The notes beneath the pieces are model-generated. The model worked only from the letters and a program-made list of their open reading frames with translations, was not told where the DNA came from and made no database searches. The translations under genes and the position numbers were made by a program. Positions 20,212 to 29,692 of a DNA stretch of 64,000 nt are shown piece after piece. Within the stretch, counting starts at the first letter, position 1, and the number at the start of each line of letters is the position of its first letter. Source of the DNA: Candidatus Binatia bacterium (GTDB taxonomy: Bacteria > Desulfobacterota > Binatia > DP-6); assembly GCA_046327955.1 (NCBI GenBank), contig JAXLXP010000004.1, forward strand, positions 497,463-561,462. The letters are read 5' to 3'.

Positions 20212-21222
20212 ATGGCGGAGCACGTGAATTCTCGTATCCTCGGCATGGGACACCACGTGCCCGAGCACGTCGTCACGAACGACGACCTCTCGCGGTGCAT
20301 GGACACCACCGACGAATGGATCCAGCAGCGCACGGGGATCCGCCAGCGGCATTTCGTCGATCGGCACGCCGGACCCGCCGACCTGGCGCTGCCGGCCGCG
20401 CGCGAGGCGCTGCGGTCCGCCGGCGTGCGCCCCGATGACCTCGACCTGATCGTGCTCGGCACGCTCTCGCCCGACGTCGACTTCCCCGGCAGCGCCTCGT
20501 TTCTCCAGCGCGGCCTCGGTGCGAAGGGGATGCCGGTCATGGACGTCCGCAACCAGTGCTCGGGCTTCATCTACATGCTCGCGGTGGCCGACGCCTTCAT
20601 TCGCACCGGTGGTGCGTGGCGCGTCCTGATCGTCGGCGCCGAGGTGCACTCGAGCGGTCTCGACCTCACGACCACTGGACGCGAGGTGTCGGTCATCTTC
20701 GGCGACGGCGCCGGCGCGGCGGTGCTCGGCCCGTCGTCGGATCCCGAACGCGGCGTGCTCTCCACGCACCTCCACAGCGAGGGCAAGTTCGCCGAGAAGC
20801 TCATGGTCGAGGTGCCGACCAGCCGGTGTGCGCCACGGGTGACGGAGGCGATGGTCGACGGTCCGGGGAGTCGCCTCTGGCCGCGGATGGAGGGGCGCTA
20901 CGTCTTCAAACACGCGGTGACGCGCTTCCCGGAGGTCATCCAGGAGGCGCTCGACGCCAACGGGCTCACGGTGGCGGACATCGACCTGTTCATCCCCCAC
21001 CAGGCGAACCTGCGCATCAGCCAGATGGTCGCGGGCGGGCTCGGCCTGCCCGACGAGAAGGTCTTCAACAACATCGACCGCTACGGCAACACCACCGCCG
21101 GATCGATTCCGATCGCCTTGCACGAGGCGATCCAGGCGGGACGCGTGCGCGACGGCAACCTCGTCTGCCTGGCGGCGTTCGGGTCGGGCTTCACCTGGGG
21201 CGCCGCCCTCGTGCGCTGGTAG
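20212..21222 (+). CDS. fabH: 3-oxoacyl-[ACP] synthase III
   Basis: Canonical RNQCSGFIYMLAVAD (Cys) with His/Asn in place (GNTTAGSIPIALHEA). GGAGG ribosome-binding site upstream. Confidence 0.8.
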   Translation: MAEHVNSRILGMGHHVPEHVVTNDDLSRCMDTTDEWIQQRTGIRQRHFVDRHAGPADLALPAAREALRSAGVRPDDLDLIVLGTLSPDVDFPGSASFLQRGLGAKGMPVMDVRNQCSGFIYMLAVADAFIRTGGAWRVLIVGAEVHSSGLDLTTTGREVSVIFGDGAGAAVLGPSSDPERGVLSTHLHSEGKFAEKLMVEVPTSRCAPRVTEAMVDGPGSRLWPRMEGRYVFKHAVTRFPEVIQEALDANGLTVADIDLFIPHQANLRISQMVAGGLGLPDEKVFNNIDRYGNTTAGSIPIALHEAIQAGRVRDGNLVCLAAFGSGFTWGAALVRW

Positions 21223-21233
21223 CGCCGCGCGCC

Positions 21234-21710
21234 GTGTCCGCCCACCCAGCCGAGCGCCCGCGGGTCCTCCTGCGCGAGATGCGGCGCGAGGACCTGCCGG
21301 CCGTGCTCGAGATCGAGCGTCGCGCCTTCCAGCAGCCGTGGTCGCGTTCGTTCTTCGAGAAGGAGCTGACGACGGTCTTCGCCCGTCTCGTGGTGGCGGT
21401 CGAGGAGGGGCCGCCAGCCGCGATCGTCGGGTACACCTGCCGCTGGCGGGTGACCGACGAGGTCCACTTGTTGAACGTGGCGGTGCACCCGGCGGCGCGT
21501 GGCCAGGGGCTCGGTCGGATGCTGGTCGATGCGGTGGTGGACGAGGGACGCTCGGCGCGCGCGCGGGTCGTGTTCCTCGAGGTCCGCGCCGGGAACGTCG
21601 CCGCTCGCCGGCTCTACCGGCACATGGGGTTCCTCGAGATTGGCGTGCGGCGGGGCTACTACGGGCCGGGGCAGGACGCGATCGTGATGGAACTGCGATT
21701 GGACGCATGA
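21234..21710 (+). CDS. rimI: GNAT N-acetyltransferase, ribosomal-protein-alanine acetyltransferase RimI-like
   Basis: GNAT motif A (RGQGLGRMLV) and RimI-like layout. GTG start assumed. Ends overlapping the pyrD start. Confidence 0.65.
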   Translation: MSAHPAERPRVLLREMRREDLPAVLEIERRAFQQPWSRSFFEKELTTVFARLVVAVEEGPPAAIVGYTCRWRVTDEVHLLNVAVHPAARGQGLGRMLVDAVVDEGRSARARVVFLEVRAGNVAARRLYRHMGFLEIGVRRGYYGPGQDAIVMELRLDA

Positions 21711-22636
21711 CGCGCGGCGACGGGCAGGTGGATCTTTCGACCGACGTCGGAGGGGTGCGGCTGCCGACGCCGGTGATCACGGCGTCGGGCACGTTCGGTT
21801 ACGGGACCGAGTTCGGCGGGCTGGTCGATCTGGGTGCCATCGGCGCGATTGCCGTCAAGGGCCTCTCCCTCGCGCCCCACGCGGGCAAGCCGGCACCGCG
21901 GCTGGTCGAGAGCCCAGCCGGCATGCTCAACGCGATCGGCCTCCAGAACATCGGAGTCGATGCGTTCCTGCGTGAGCGGCTGCCGCTGCTGCGGGCGGCC
22001 GGTGCGCGGGTGATCGCGAACTTCTGGGGCGACAGCCCGGAGGAGTTCGCGGCGTGTGCGGCGCGTCTCGACGGGCAGGAGGGCATCGTCGCGCTCGAGC
22101 TGAACGCCGCGAGCCCGAACCGGCCCGAGTGGGGCGGCATCCTGGCGACCGACCCGATGGCGCTCGGCGCCATCGTGCGTGCGGTACGGTCGCGGGTGCG
22201 CGGTCCGCTGTGGGTGAAGCTTTCGCCGAACGTGGGCGACATCACGGTGGTCGGCCGGGCGGCGGAGGCGGAGGGTGCCGACGCGCTCTCGGCGATCAAC
22301 ACGCTGCGCGGACTGTCGGTCGACCTCGCGCGGCGCCGGCCGCGGTTGGCGAGCGGGACGGGCGGGCTGTCGGGTCCCGCCATCAAACCGATCGCCCTCG
22401 CGATGGTGGACGCGCTGGCGCGGGCGGTGCGCATTCCCGTGATCGGGATCGGCGGCATCCGCACGGGCGAGGACGCGCTCGAGTTCCTGTGCGCCGGGGC
22501 CCGGGCCGTTCAGGTGGGCACGGCGATCTTCTACGACCCGCGCGCGCCGCTCCGCATCGCCCGCGAGATGGCTGGCTGGTGCCGGCGCCACCGCGTGGGC
22601 GCGGTCACCGACGTGATCGGGACGCTCGGTCGGTGA
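21707..22636 (+). CDS. pyrD: Dihydroorotate dehydrogenase (class 1, catalytic subunit)
   Basis: TPVITASGTFGYG, LSGPAIKPIAL, IGIGGI motifs. ATGA overlap with rimI. Confidence 0.85.
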   Translation: MTRGDGQVDLSTDVGGVRLPTPVITASGTFGYGTEFGGLVDLGAIGAIAVKGLSLAPHAGKPAPRLVESPAGMLNAIGLQNIGVDAFLRERLPLLRAAGARVIANFWGDSPEEFAACAARLDGQEGIVALELNAASPNRPEWGGILATDPMALGAIVRAVRSRVRGPLWVKLSPNVGDITVVGRAAEAEGADALSAINTLRGLSVDLARRRPRLASGTGGLSGPAIKPIALAMVDALARAVRIPVIGIGGIRTGEDALEFLCAGARAVQVGTAIFYDPRAPLRIAREMAGWCRRHRVGAVTDVIGTLGR

Positions 22637-22647
22637 GCGCGCCGGTG

Positions 22648-23079
22648 CTACTCGACCTCGATCTCGACGTAGTCGGAGTCGTTGTCGCCCCCGGAATCGC
22701 TGACCTCGAGGTCGGCCCGGTACTTCCCGGCCTTCTCGTAGACGTGCTTCGGGTTGGCCTCGGTCGAGTCCGGCGTCCCGTCCCCGAACTTCCAGGTGAT
22801 CTTGAGGGGCGGCTTGCCGCCTTCGATGTCGGCCTTGAACTGGACGGTGAGGGGGGCCTTCCCCTCGTCGTTGTCGACGTCGGCCCACGCCAGGAGCGGC
22901 GCACCCTCGTCCTCGCCGGCGGCCGCGGCGCCCGGGACGGTGGTCGACGGAGAGACGGCCGCCGTGCTCGGCGGTGTGGCCTTGGGTGCCTCGCCACCAC
23001 CGGTGCTGCCCCCGCCCCCACAGCCCGCGGCGAGCAGGAGCGCTAGAATGGTGGCCTGTGAGCCGAGCTTGCGGATCAT
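22648..23079 (-). CDS. Lipoprotein with PKD-like domain
   Basis: Lipobox LLAAGCGG after signal peptide MIRKLGSQATILALL. GGGGAGG ribosome-binding site. PKD-like WKFGDGTPDSTEANPKHVYEKAGKYRADLEVSDSGG. Confidence 0.6.
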   Translation of the reverse strand: MIRKLGSQATILALLLAAGCGGGGSTGGGEAPKATPPSTAAVSPSTTVPGAAAAGEDEGAPLLAWADVDNDEGKAPLTVQFKADIEGGKPPLKITWKFGDGTPDSTEANPKHVYEKAGKYRADLEVSDSGGDNDSDYVEIEVE

Positions 23080-23155
23080 GATGCCTCCCCGATCGGATTC
23101 CGTTGGCAAACGGGCGCGGATTGTCACAGACGACCTTCGGTCTGTCAATGTTTGG

Positions 23156-24529
23156 ATGAGACGTGCGGCCTGGGGTGCGCTCATCCACGTGGCCCTCCTC
23201 GGCGGGTGGGCGCCGCCCGCGCGCGCGCGCGAGGTCCCGCGGCGGGGCGAGCTGCGGTTGCTCGTCGTGCTGGCGGGTTTCCCCGACCTGGCGCTCAGCC
23301 GGCCACGGGCGGAGTTCGTCGGCGACCCGAATGCCCTGGTCGACCGGCTCGTGGCCTATTACACCGAGGTCTCGGCCGGCCGGCTGCGGATCGTTCCGCA
23401 CGTGGGTGAGGCGGTGGTGACGCTGCCCAGGCCTCGCCTCGCGTACGTGCAACGCCCCGACGGCCTAGCGGCCGATGCGGTGGCGGCCTTCGCGAAGGCC
23501 GCCACCGCGGCGGCGGATCGGGACGCCCTCGCCGCTGCCGACGCCGTCCTCGTCTTCTTCGCGGGCACGGGCAAGGAGTCGCACGCCACCGGGCCGGACA
23601 TGACGGACCCGTGGTCCAACTACACCGAGGTCCGCCCGGCGGCGCTCGGGTTCGACGAAGCGTGTGTCGTCGCCGAGCGTGAGCGCGAGGTCGAGGGCAA
23701 GGCGATCGAGCCCTTCGGCGTGCTCTGCCACGAGTTCGGGCACCTGCTCGGCCTGCCGGAGCTCTACGCCACGGGCGGCCGTCCGCACGAGGGCATCGGT
23801 CTCTGGGGCCTCATGGGGCACGGGACGTGGGTCGACCTGGGGCGCACGCCGCCGCACCTGGAGGCATGGTCGAAGCTGCGCCTCGGGTGGGTCGACGCGC
23901 AGGTGGTCGAGGAGACGACGCGCCGGGTCGAGCTGCCCGCGGTCGAGGAGACGCCGACGGTCGTCAAGATTGCGGCGGTTCCCGGTCGCCCGCAGGAGTA
24001 CTATCTGCTCGAGAACCGCCAGCGCATCGGCTTCGATGCGCGCCTCAAAGGCGAGGGCCTGCTCGTCTGGCACGTCGACGAGGGCGTCACGGGCGATCGC
24101 ACGGCCCAGAACGCGCCGGAGCACAAGCTCCTGCACCTCGTCGAGGCCGATGGACGTGGCGACCTCGATCGCGGGCACGCGCACGGGGGCAATCGCGGCG
24201 ACGAGGGGGACCCGTGGCGGGGACCGCCGCCGTGGCGGCGGCGGCTCGGCAACGGCTTCGGCCTCGCGGGCGCGGGACTGATCGGGCTCGCGCTGTATCG
24301 GATCACGAGCCCGCGGGCGCTCTGGCCCGTTCTGCTGCGCGGGAGCGTCGCCGCCGTGGCGCTGGCCGCCGCGAGCATCCTGCGCCAGGGGCCGGTCTGC
24401 GGCCCGGGGACGCCGGGCATGGCGCCCTACGGCGGAGAGCCTGTGCGGATCGTCATCCGGAACATCGCACCCTCCGGGCGTCACATGACCGTCGACATTC
24501 TGGTGGCACCTCGGGGTCCCGGGGGCTAA
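23156..24529 (+). CDS. Secreted M6-family (immune inhibitor A-like) zinc metalloprotease
   Basis: Signal peptide. HEFGHLLGLPELY (HExxH...E) zinc site. C-terminal hydrophobic anchor. Confidence 0.65.
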   Translation: MRRAAWGALIHVALLGGWAPPARAREVPRRGELRLLVVLAGFPDLALSRPRAEFVGDPNALVDRLVAYYTEVSAGRLRIVPHVGEAVVTLPRPRLAYVQRPDGLAADAVAAFAKAATAAADRDALAAADAVLVFFAGTGKESHATGPDMTDPWSNYTEVRPAALGFDEACVVAEREREVEGKAIEPFGVLCHEFGHLLGLPELYATGGRPHEGIGLWGLMGHGTWVDLGRTPPHLEAWSKLRLGWVDAQVVEETTRRVELPAVEETPTVVKIAAVPGRPQEYYLLENRQRIGFDARLKGEGLLVWHVDEGVTGDRTAQNAPEHKLLHLVEADGRGDLDRGHAHGGNRGDEGDPWRGPPPWRRRLGNGFGLAGAGLIGLALYRITSPRALWPVLLRGSVAAVALAAASILRQGPVCGPGTPGMAPYGGEPVRIVIRNIAPSGRHMTVDILVAPRGPGG

Positions 24530-24544
24530 GCTGGCCTTCGCACG

Positions 24545-25576
24545 GTGCCCAAGCTCATCATCCAGATTCCCTGCTTCAACGAGGAGCAGTCGCTGCCGGC
24601 CACGCTGGCCGACCTGCCGCGCAGCGTGCCGGGCTTCGACGCGGTCGAGACCCTGGTCATCGACGACGGGTCGATGGACCGGACCTCCGAGGTCGCCCGC
24701 GAGGCCGGCGCGACGTACCTGCTGCGCTTCCCGGTCCACCTCGGCCTGGCGCAGGCGTTCTCGGCCGGGCTCGACGCTGCGCTCAAGCTCGGCGCCGACG
24801 TGATCGTCAACACGGACGCCGACGGCCAATACCGTGGCAGCGACGTCGCGCGCCTCGTCCAGCCCATCGTGCGTGGCGAGGCCGAGATGGTGATCGGCGA
24901 CCGCGCGCCGGCGCGTCTCAAGCACTTCTCGCCGCCGAAGCGCCTGCTGCAGTGGCTCGGGAGCTGGGTCGTGCGCCAGCTCTCGGGCACGTCGGTGCCC
25001 GACGCGACGAGCGGCTTCCGCGCCTTCTCGCGCCGCGCGGCCCTGCGCCTCAACGTTCTCACCAAGTTCACCTACACGCACGAGACGATCATCCAGGCGG
25101 GCAAGAAGCACATCGCGCTCGCGCACGTCCCGATCGCCACCAACCCGGACACTCGGCCGTCTCGGCTGTTCGGATCGATCACGGCCTACATCCGCCGTTC
25201 GGTGCCGACCCTGTTCCGGATATATGCGCTCTACGAGCCGTTCAAGGTGTTCTGGACCCTGGGTGCGGCGCTCATCGTCCTCGGCGGCGTGATCGGCCTG
25301 CGGTTCCTCGTCCACTATCTCACCGGGGGCGGCAGCGGGCACATCCAGAGCCTCATTCTCTCCGCGGTCCTGCTCATCATCGGATTCCAGATGGCGATGT
25401 TCGGCATGGTGGCAGATCTCATCGGCAGCACCCGGTCGCTGCTCGAGGATACGTTGTTCCGTGTCCGGGAGATCGAGCTCGCGATCGGCGGCGATCCCGA
25501 GGTCGTGCGCATCGCGGGCGATCCGGACCCGACGCCGATCGCTGCGCGCGCCTTCGGACCGCGCGGGTCGCGGTGA
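24545..25576 (+). CDS. GT2 polyprenyl-phosphate glycosyltransferase (dolichyl-phosphate mannose/glucose synthase, GtrB-like) with C-terminal TM helices
   Basis: IIQIPCFNEE, DDGSMD, DADGQY motifs. Two C-terminal TM helices typical of GtrB/DPM1-like enzymes. Confidence 0.75.
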   Translation: MPKLIIQIPCFNEEQSLPATLADLPRSVPGFDAVETLVIDDGSMDRTSEVAREAGATYLLRFPVHLGLAQAFSAGLDAALKLGADVIVNTDADGQYRGSDVARLVQPIVRGEAEMVIGDRAPARLKHFSPPKRLLQWLGSWVVRQLSGTSVPDATSGFRAFSRRAALRLNVLTKFTYTHETIIQAGKKHIALAHVPIATNPDTRPSRLFGSITAYIRRSVPTLFRIYALYEPFKVFWTLGAALIVLGGVIGLRFLVHYLTGGGSGHIQSLILSAVLLIIGFQMAMFGMVADLIGSTRSLLEDTLFRVREIELAIGGDPEVVRIAGDPDPTPIAARAFGPRGSR

Positions 25577-25595
25577 CGGGCCGCTGACGCCGCCC

Positions 25596-26523
25596 GTGCG
25601 TACCGCTGCCGTCGTCGTCACGTGGGAGGGCGGGGAGCCGACCGACCGATGCGTCGCCTCGCTGCTCGCCCAACGCGAGCCGCCCGCCGAGGTGGTGGTC
25701 GTCGACAACGCGTCCGGGCCGGCCGAGCGGGCGCGGTTGGGGCGCGGCATCGGCACGCGGCCGGGCGTCCGGCTCCTCCTCCTCGACGAGAACCGGCAGT
25801 TCGCCGGCGGCATGAACGCCGGCGCCGCCGCGGCGTTCGCCGCGGGAGCCAATCGCGTCCTGCTGCTCAACAACGACACGGTGCTCGAGCCCGATGCGCT
25901 GCTCCGGCTCGGCGCGGCACTCGATGCCGACGCAGCGGTGGGGATCGCGGGACCGCTCATCCGCGACACGGGGAGTGGCCGGGTGCTGTCGGCCGGCGAG
26001 CGCCACGCGATCCCCTTGCTGTGCGTGCCGCGCACGCTGCTGCGCTACCGGCGGCGGACCGAGCGTCCCTACCGCGTGAGCGGGATCATGGGGTGCGCGC
26101 TGCTGGTGACGCGCGAGTGCTTCGAAGCGGTCGGCGGGTTCTCGCAGGCGATCGAGGTCTATTACGAGGACGTCGACTTCTGCCTCGGTGCCCGTGCGGC
26201 CGGGTTCGGCGCGCTCGTCGAGCCGCGGGCCGTGATCTGGCACGACGGGATCCGCGGGTTCGCCGCCGGGCTGACGCCGTGGGCGGCGTTCCTGAAGGCC
26301 CGCAACCCGTGGCTGATCGTGGCGCGGCACGGCGGGCGGCTTGCCTGGCCGACCTTCGTGCCCTTGTACGCGGGGATGGTGGCGGCGAGCGCCACGCTCT
26401 ACCTGCTCCGCGGCCGTGCCGACATCGCGCGTGCGCTCGTGCGCGGTGCCGCGGCTGGGCTGCGTGCGGGGGTGGGCGCCGCGCCGGCTCCCGTCGGCGC
26501 ACCGGTGCGGGAGGGGGGGCGGC
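25596..26523 (+). CDS. GT2 glycosyltransferase (rhamnosyltransferase-like); 3' end undefined because this frame has no stop until 28517
   Basis: VVVTWEGG...VVVVDNAS...LLLLNNDT...YYEDVDFCLGARAAGF motifs. Paralogous to the GT2 at 27609-28517. The end coordinate given is only the position before the next gene's start; no stop codon exists there. Confidence 0.45.
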
Positions 26524-27609
26524 GTGCGGGTGGGGATCGGGGCGGTGGTCGGGATACTGGGCGGGCCGGCCACGTATGCCCGCGAGCTGGTGGCGGCGCT
26601 CGCGCGGCTCGGCGGGCACGAGTACGTCGTTTTCACGGACCGGCCCGATGCCTTTGCCGCGTGCGGCCTCGAGACGGTCGCGGTGCCGCTGCGACGCACG
26701 TGGGAGCAGGTGACCTGGGATCACGTCGCGTTGCCCGGGCTGCTGCGGGCGCGCCGGATCGACCTCTACCACGGCACGAAGAACGTGCTGCCGTGGCGGC
26801 TCGCGGTGCCCGCGGTCGTGACCGTGCACGACCTCGCGGTCTATGCCTGCCCGGAGACCTTCGCTGCGCCGCAGCGCTGGCATTTTCGGCTCGTGGTCCC
26901 GCCGAGCGTGCGCCGCGCGGTGCGCGTGATCGCGGACTCGGCCCACGCCGGCGCCGATCTGGTCGCGCGCTTCGGGCTCCCACCGGCGCGGCTGCGGGTC
27001 GTGCCGCTCGGCGTGGCCGCGACGTTCCTCGAGCCCCCGGGGCCGGACGCCGTGGCCGCCCTGCGGGCCCGGTACGGGCTCGACGGGCGGCTGGTCGCGT
27101 GCGTCGGCACGATTCAGCCGCGCAAGCACGTCGAGCGGGTGATCGAGGCGTTCGTGCGTGCCGGGGCCGCGGCGCGCGGGTGGACGCTCGCGATCGCCGG
27201 GCGGCTGCGGCCGGGCTACGCGCCGCCGTGGCTGGCCACGCTCCCCCCGGCCGTGCGCTTCCTCGGGACGGTCGACGACGACGAGCTGCCCGCGCTCTAC
27301 GCCGCAGCCGAGGTCGCGATGAGCGCTTCGGAGTACGAGGGCTTCGGGTTGAGCGTGGCCGAGGCGATGGCCGGGGGCTGCGCGGTGGTGGCCGTCGGGA
27401 CGACCTCGATCCCGGAGGTGGTGGGAGACGCCGGTGTCCTGGTCGCGCGTTCCGACGTCACGCTGCTCGCCGAAGCGCTCCGCCGCCTGCTCGACGACGA
27501 CGCGGGCCGCGCGGCGCTCGGCGCCCGGGGCCGGACGCGCGCCGCCGGGTTCACCTGGACAGAGACGGCGCGGCGCACGCGCGCGGTATACGAGGAGGCG
27601 CGCGGCTGA
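26524..27609 (+). CDS. GT4 (group 1) glycosyltransferase
   Basis: GTG start preceded by GGGAGGGGGGG. GT-B fold with EGFGLSVAEAMAGGCAVVA (E-x7-E region). Confidence 0.8.
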   Translation: MRVGIGAVVGILGGPATYARELVAALARLGGHEYVVFTDRPDAFAACGLETVAVPLRRTWEQVTWDHVALPGLLRARRIDLYHGTKNVLPWRLAVPAVVTVHDLAVYACPETFAAPQRWHFRLVVPPSVRRAVRVIADSAHAGADLVARFGLPPARLRVVPLGVAATFLEPPGPDAVAALRARYGLDGRLVACVGTIQPRKHVERVIEAFVRAGAAARGWTLAIAGRLRPGYAPPWLATLPPAVRFLGTVDDDELPALYAAAEVAMSASEYEGFGLSVAEAMAGGCAVVAVGTTSIPEVVGDAGVLVARSDVTLLAEALRRLLDDDAGRAALGARGRTRAAGFTWTETARRTRAVYEEARG

Positions 27610-28517
27610 TGGCCCGCGTGACGGCCGTGATCGTCCACTGGCGGGACCTGGCGGAGACGCTCGGGTGTATCGACAGCGTGCGTGCGGAGCCCGGCATCGA
27701 CGTCGTGGTGGTGGACAACGGGTCGACCGAGCCGATCGCGCCACGGATCGCCCGCCACGCGCCGGAGGTGCGCTGTGTGGCGAATCCGGTGAACGAGGGC
27801 TACGCCGGCGGCGCCAATCGCGGCATCCACGACGCGCTCGCACGTGGCGCGGAGGTCGTGCTGTTGCTCAACAACGACGCGCGCGTGCACGCCGGCGCGA
27901 CCGCCGCCGCCCTGGCGGTGCTGGAGGGCGACGGGCGGGTCGCCGTGGTGGGACCGAAGGTGCTCACCCGCGAGGACCCGGGCCGCCTGTGGCTCGCCTG
28001 GGGGCGAGTCACCTGGCGCCAGAGTCTCGTGGCCCTGGACGGGGCGGACGTCCCGGACGGTCCGGCGTGGAGTCGCGAGCGCGACGTCGACTGGGTGGCC
28101 GGGTGCGCGATGTGGATGCGCGCGGACGCGCTGCGCGCGATCGGCCTGCTCGACGCGGACTTCTTCGCCTACCACGAGGAGGTGGACTGGTGCGCCTCGG
28201 CGCGCGAGGCCGGATGGCGCGTCGTCTACTGCCCGGGGGCCGTCGTGACCCACACCGGGCGCGGCAGCGGCGGCGGCCCGGCGGCGATCCGCATCCGGAA
28301 ATATTTCGCGGCGCGGAACACGGTGCTGTTCGCGCGCAAGCACGGCGGCGCGCTGGCCCGCGCGAAGCTCGTCGCGTTCCTGGCGGCGACCCTGCCGCTC
28401 CAGCTCCTCTGGCACTGGCGGCGTGGGACGACCGACGAGGTCTGGCTCAAGATCGAGGGGCTGCGCGACGCACTGGCCGGGCGGCGGCCGCCGCTCGAGC
28501 GGCTGGGGCTGCGGTAG
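27609..28517 (+). CDS. GT2 glycosyltransferase (rhamnosyltransferase-like)
   Basis: ATG overlaps the upstream TGA. VTAVIVHWRD, VVVVDNGS, LLLNNDA, YHEEVDWCASAREAGW motifs. Confidence 0.8.
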   Translation: MARVTAVIVHWRDLAETLGCIDSVRAEPGIDVVVVDNGSTEPIAPRIARHAPEVRCVANPVNEGYAGGANRGIHDALARGAEVVLLLNNDARVHAGATAAALAVLEGDGRVAVVGPKVLTREDPGRLWLAWGRVTWRQSLVALDGADVPDGPAWSRERDVDWVAGCAMWMRADALRAIGLLDADFFAYHEEVDWCASAREAGWRVVYCPGAVVTHTGRGSGGGPAAIRIRKYFAARNTVLFARKHGGALARAKLVAFLAATLPLQLLWHWRRGTTDEVWLKIEGLRDALAGRRPPLERLGLR

Positions 28518-29659
28518 TGGGTGCGGCGGTGCGGCGCGCGTGCCTGTTTGGCACCTACGATCGCGGGCACAGCGCGAACCGCCTGCTGCGTGCGGCGCTC
28601 GAGGCCGGCGGCATCGAGGTCATCGAGCTCCACGAGCCCCTCTGGGAGGAGACGCGCTCGAAGGAGCGCGGCTACTTCGGCGCGGCGTCGCTCGCGGCGC
28701 TCGGCGGGCGCTGGGCGGGCGCGGCGGGCCGGCTCGCCCGGCGCTTTCGTCGTCTCGGTGGCCCGCCGCCGATCGTGGTCGTCGGGTTCGGTGGGCAGCT
28801 CGACGTGCTCATCGCGCGGGCCGTCTGCCGGCCGCGAGCGGGGCTCGTGTTCGCGCCGCTCGTGAGCCTCACGGAGACGCTGGTCGAGGACCGCGGCGTG
28901 TTCCCTGCGGGCGGCCTGCGCGCTGCGGCGGTCGCGGCGCTCGACCGGGCCGCGCTGCGCGCGGCGGACGTGGTGCTCGCCGACACGGTGGCACACGCGG
29001 CGTACCTGGTGGCACTGGGCGCGCCGGAGGAGCGCGTCGGGGTCTTCCACCTCGGCGCGGAGCCCGAGTTCCTGGTCCCGCCGCCAACCCGCCCGCCGGT
29101 CGCGGGCCGCGTGTTGTTTTACGGCCGATTCCTGCCGCTGCACGGCATCGACACGATCGTTGCGGCGGCGGCGCTGCTCGGCGACCGGGCCGAGGTCGTG
29201 CTGATCGGCGCGGGGCCGGAGCGGGCGCGCGTGGAGGCGCAAGCGCGCGCCATGAATGCGCGGGTCGTCGTGCGCGACGAGATTCCACTCGTTGCGCTGC
29301 CCGACGAGCTCGCCGCCGCCGCCGTGGTGCTCGGCGTCTTCGGTGCGGGCCCGAAGGCCGCGATGGTCGTGCCCAACAAGGTCTACCAGGCGTGCGCCGT
29401 CGGGCGCCCCCTCGTGACCCGTGATGGCCCGGCGCTGCGCGAGGTCCTGCAGCCCGACGTGCACTGCCTCGCCGTCCCACCGGCCGATCCGCAGGCGCTC
29501 GCCGCGGCGGTGCGCCGCCTGCTCGACGAGCCGGCGCTCGCGGCCCGCCTCGGTGCGGCGGCACGCGCCCGCGTCCTCGAGCGCTTCACGGCGGCACGGC
29601 AGGGAGAGGCGCTCGTCGGGCTGCTCCGATCGTCGCTCGAGCGGATCGGCGGCGGTTGA
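28517..29659 (+). CDS. GT4-like (group 1) glycosyltransferase
   Basis: GTG overlapping the TAG (TAGTG). GT-B C-terminal domain (VLFYGRFLPLHGIDT ... VVPNKVYQACAVGRPLV). Confidence 0.65.
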   Translation: MGAAVRRACLFGTYDRGHSANRLLRAALEAGGIEVIELHEPLWEETRSKERGYFGAASLAALGGRWAGAAGRLARRFRRLGGPPPIVVVGFGGQLDVLIARAVCRPRAGLVFAPLVSLTETLVEDRGVFPAGGLRAAAVAALDRAALRAADVVLADTVAHAAYLVALGAPEERVGVFHLGAEPEFLVPPPTRPPVAGRVLFYGRFLPLHGIDTIVAAAALLGDRAEVVLIGAGPERARVEAQARAMNARVVVRDEIPLVALPDELAAAAVVLGVFGAGPKAAMVVPNKVYQACAVGRPLVTRDGPALREVLQPDVHCLAVPPADPQALAAAVRRLLDEPALAARLGAAARARVLERFTAARQGEALVGLLRSSLERIGGG

Positions 29660-29692
29660 ATCGCAGCCCGAGGGCGCGGTAAGCCCGTCCGC

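Noticed and set aside
25461-28517. 1018-aa ORF apparently encoding one giant glycosyltransferase
   Set aside because: The middle third is Arg-rich out-of-frame reading of a well-formed GT4 gene in another frame (26524-27609). Only the first and last ~300 aa are real GT2 domains. See the finding on the missing stop codon.
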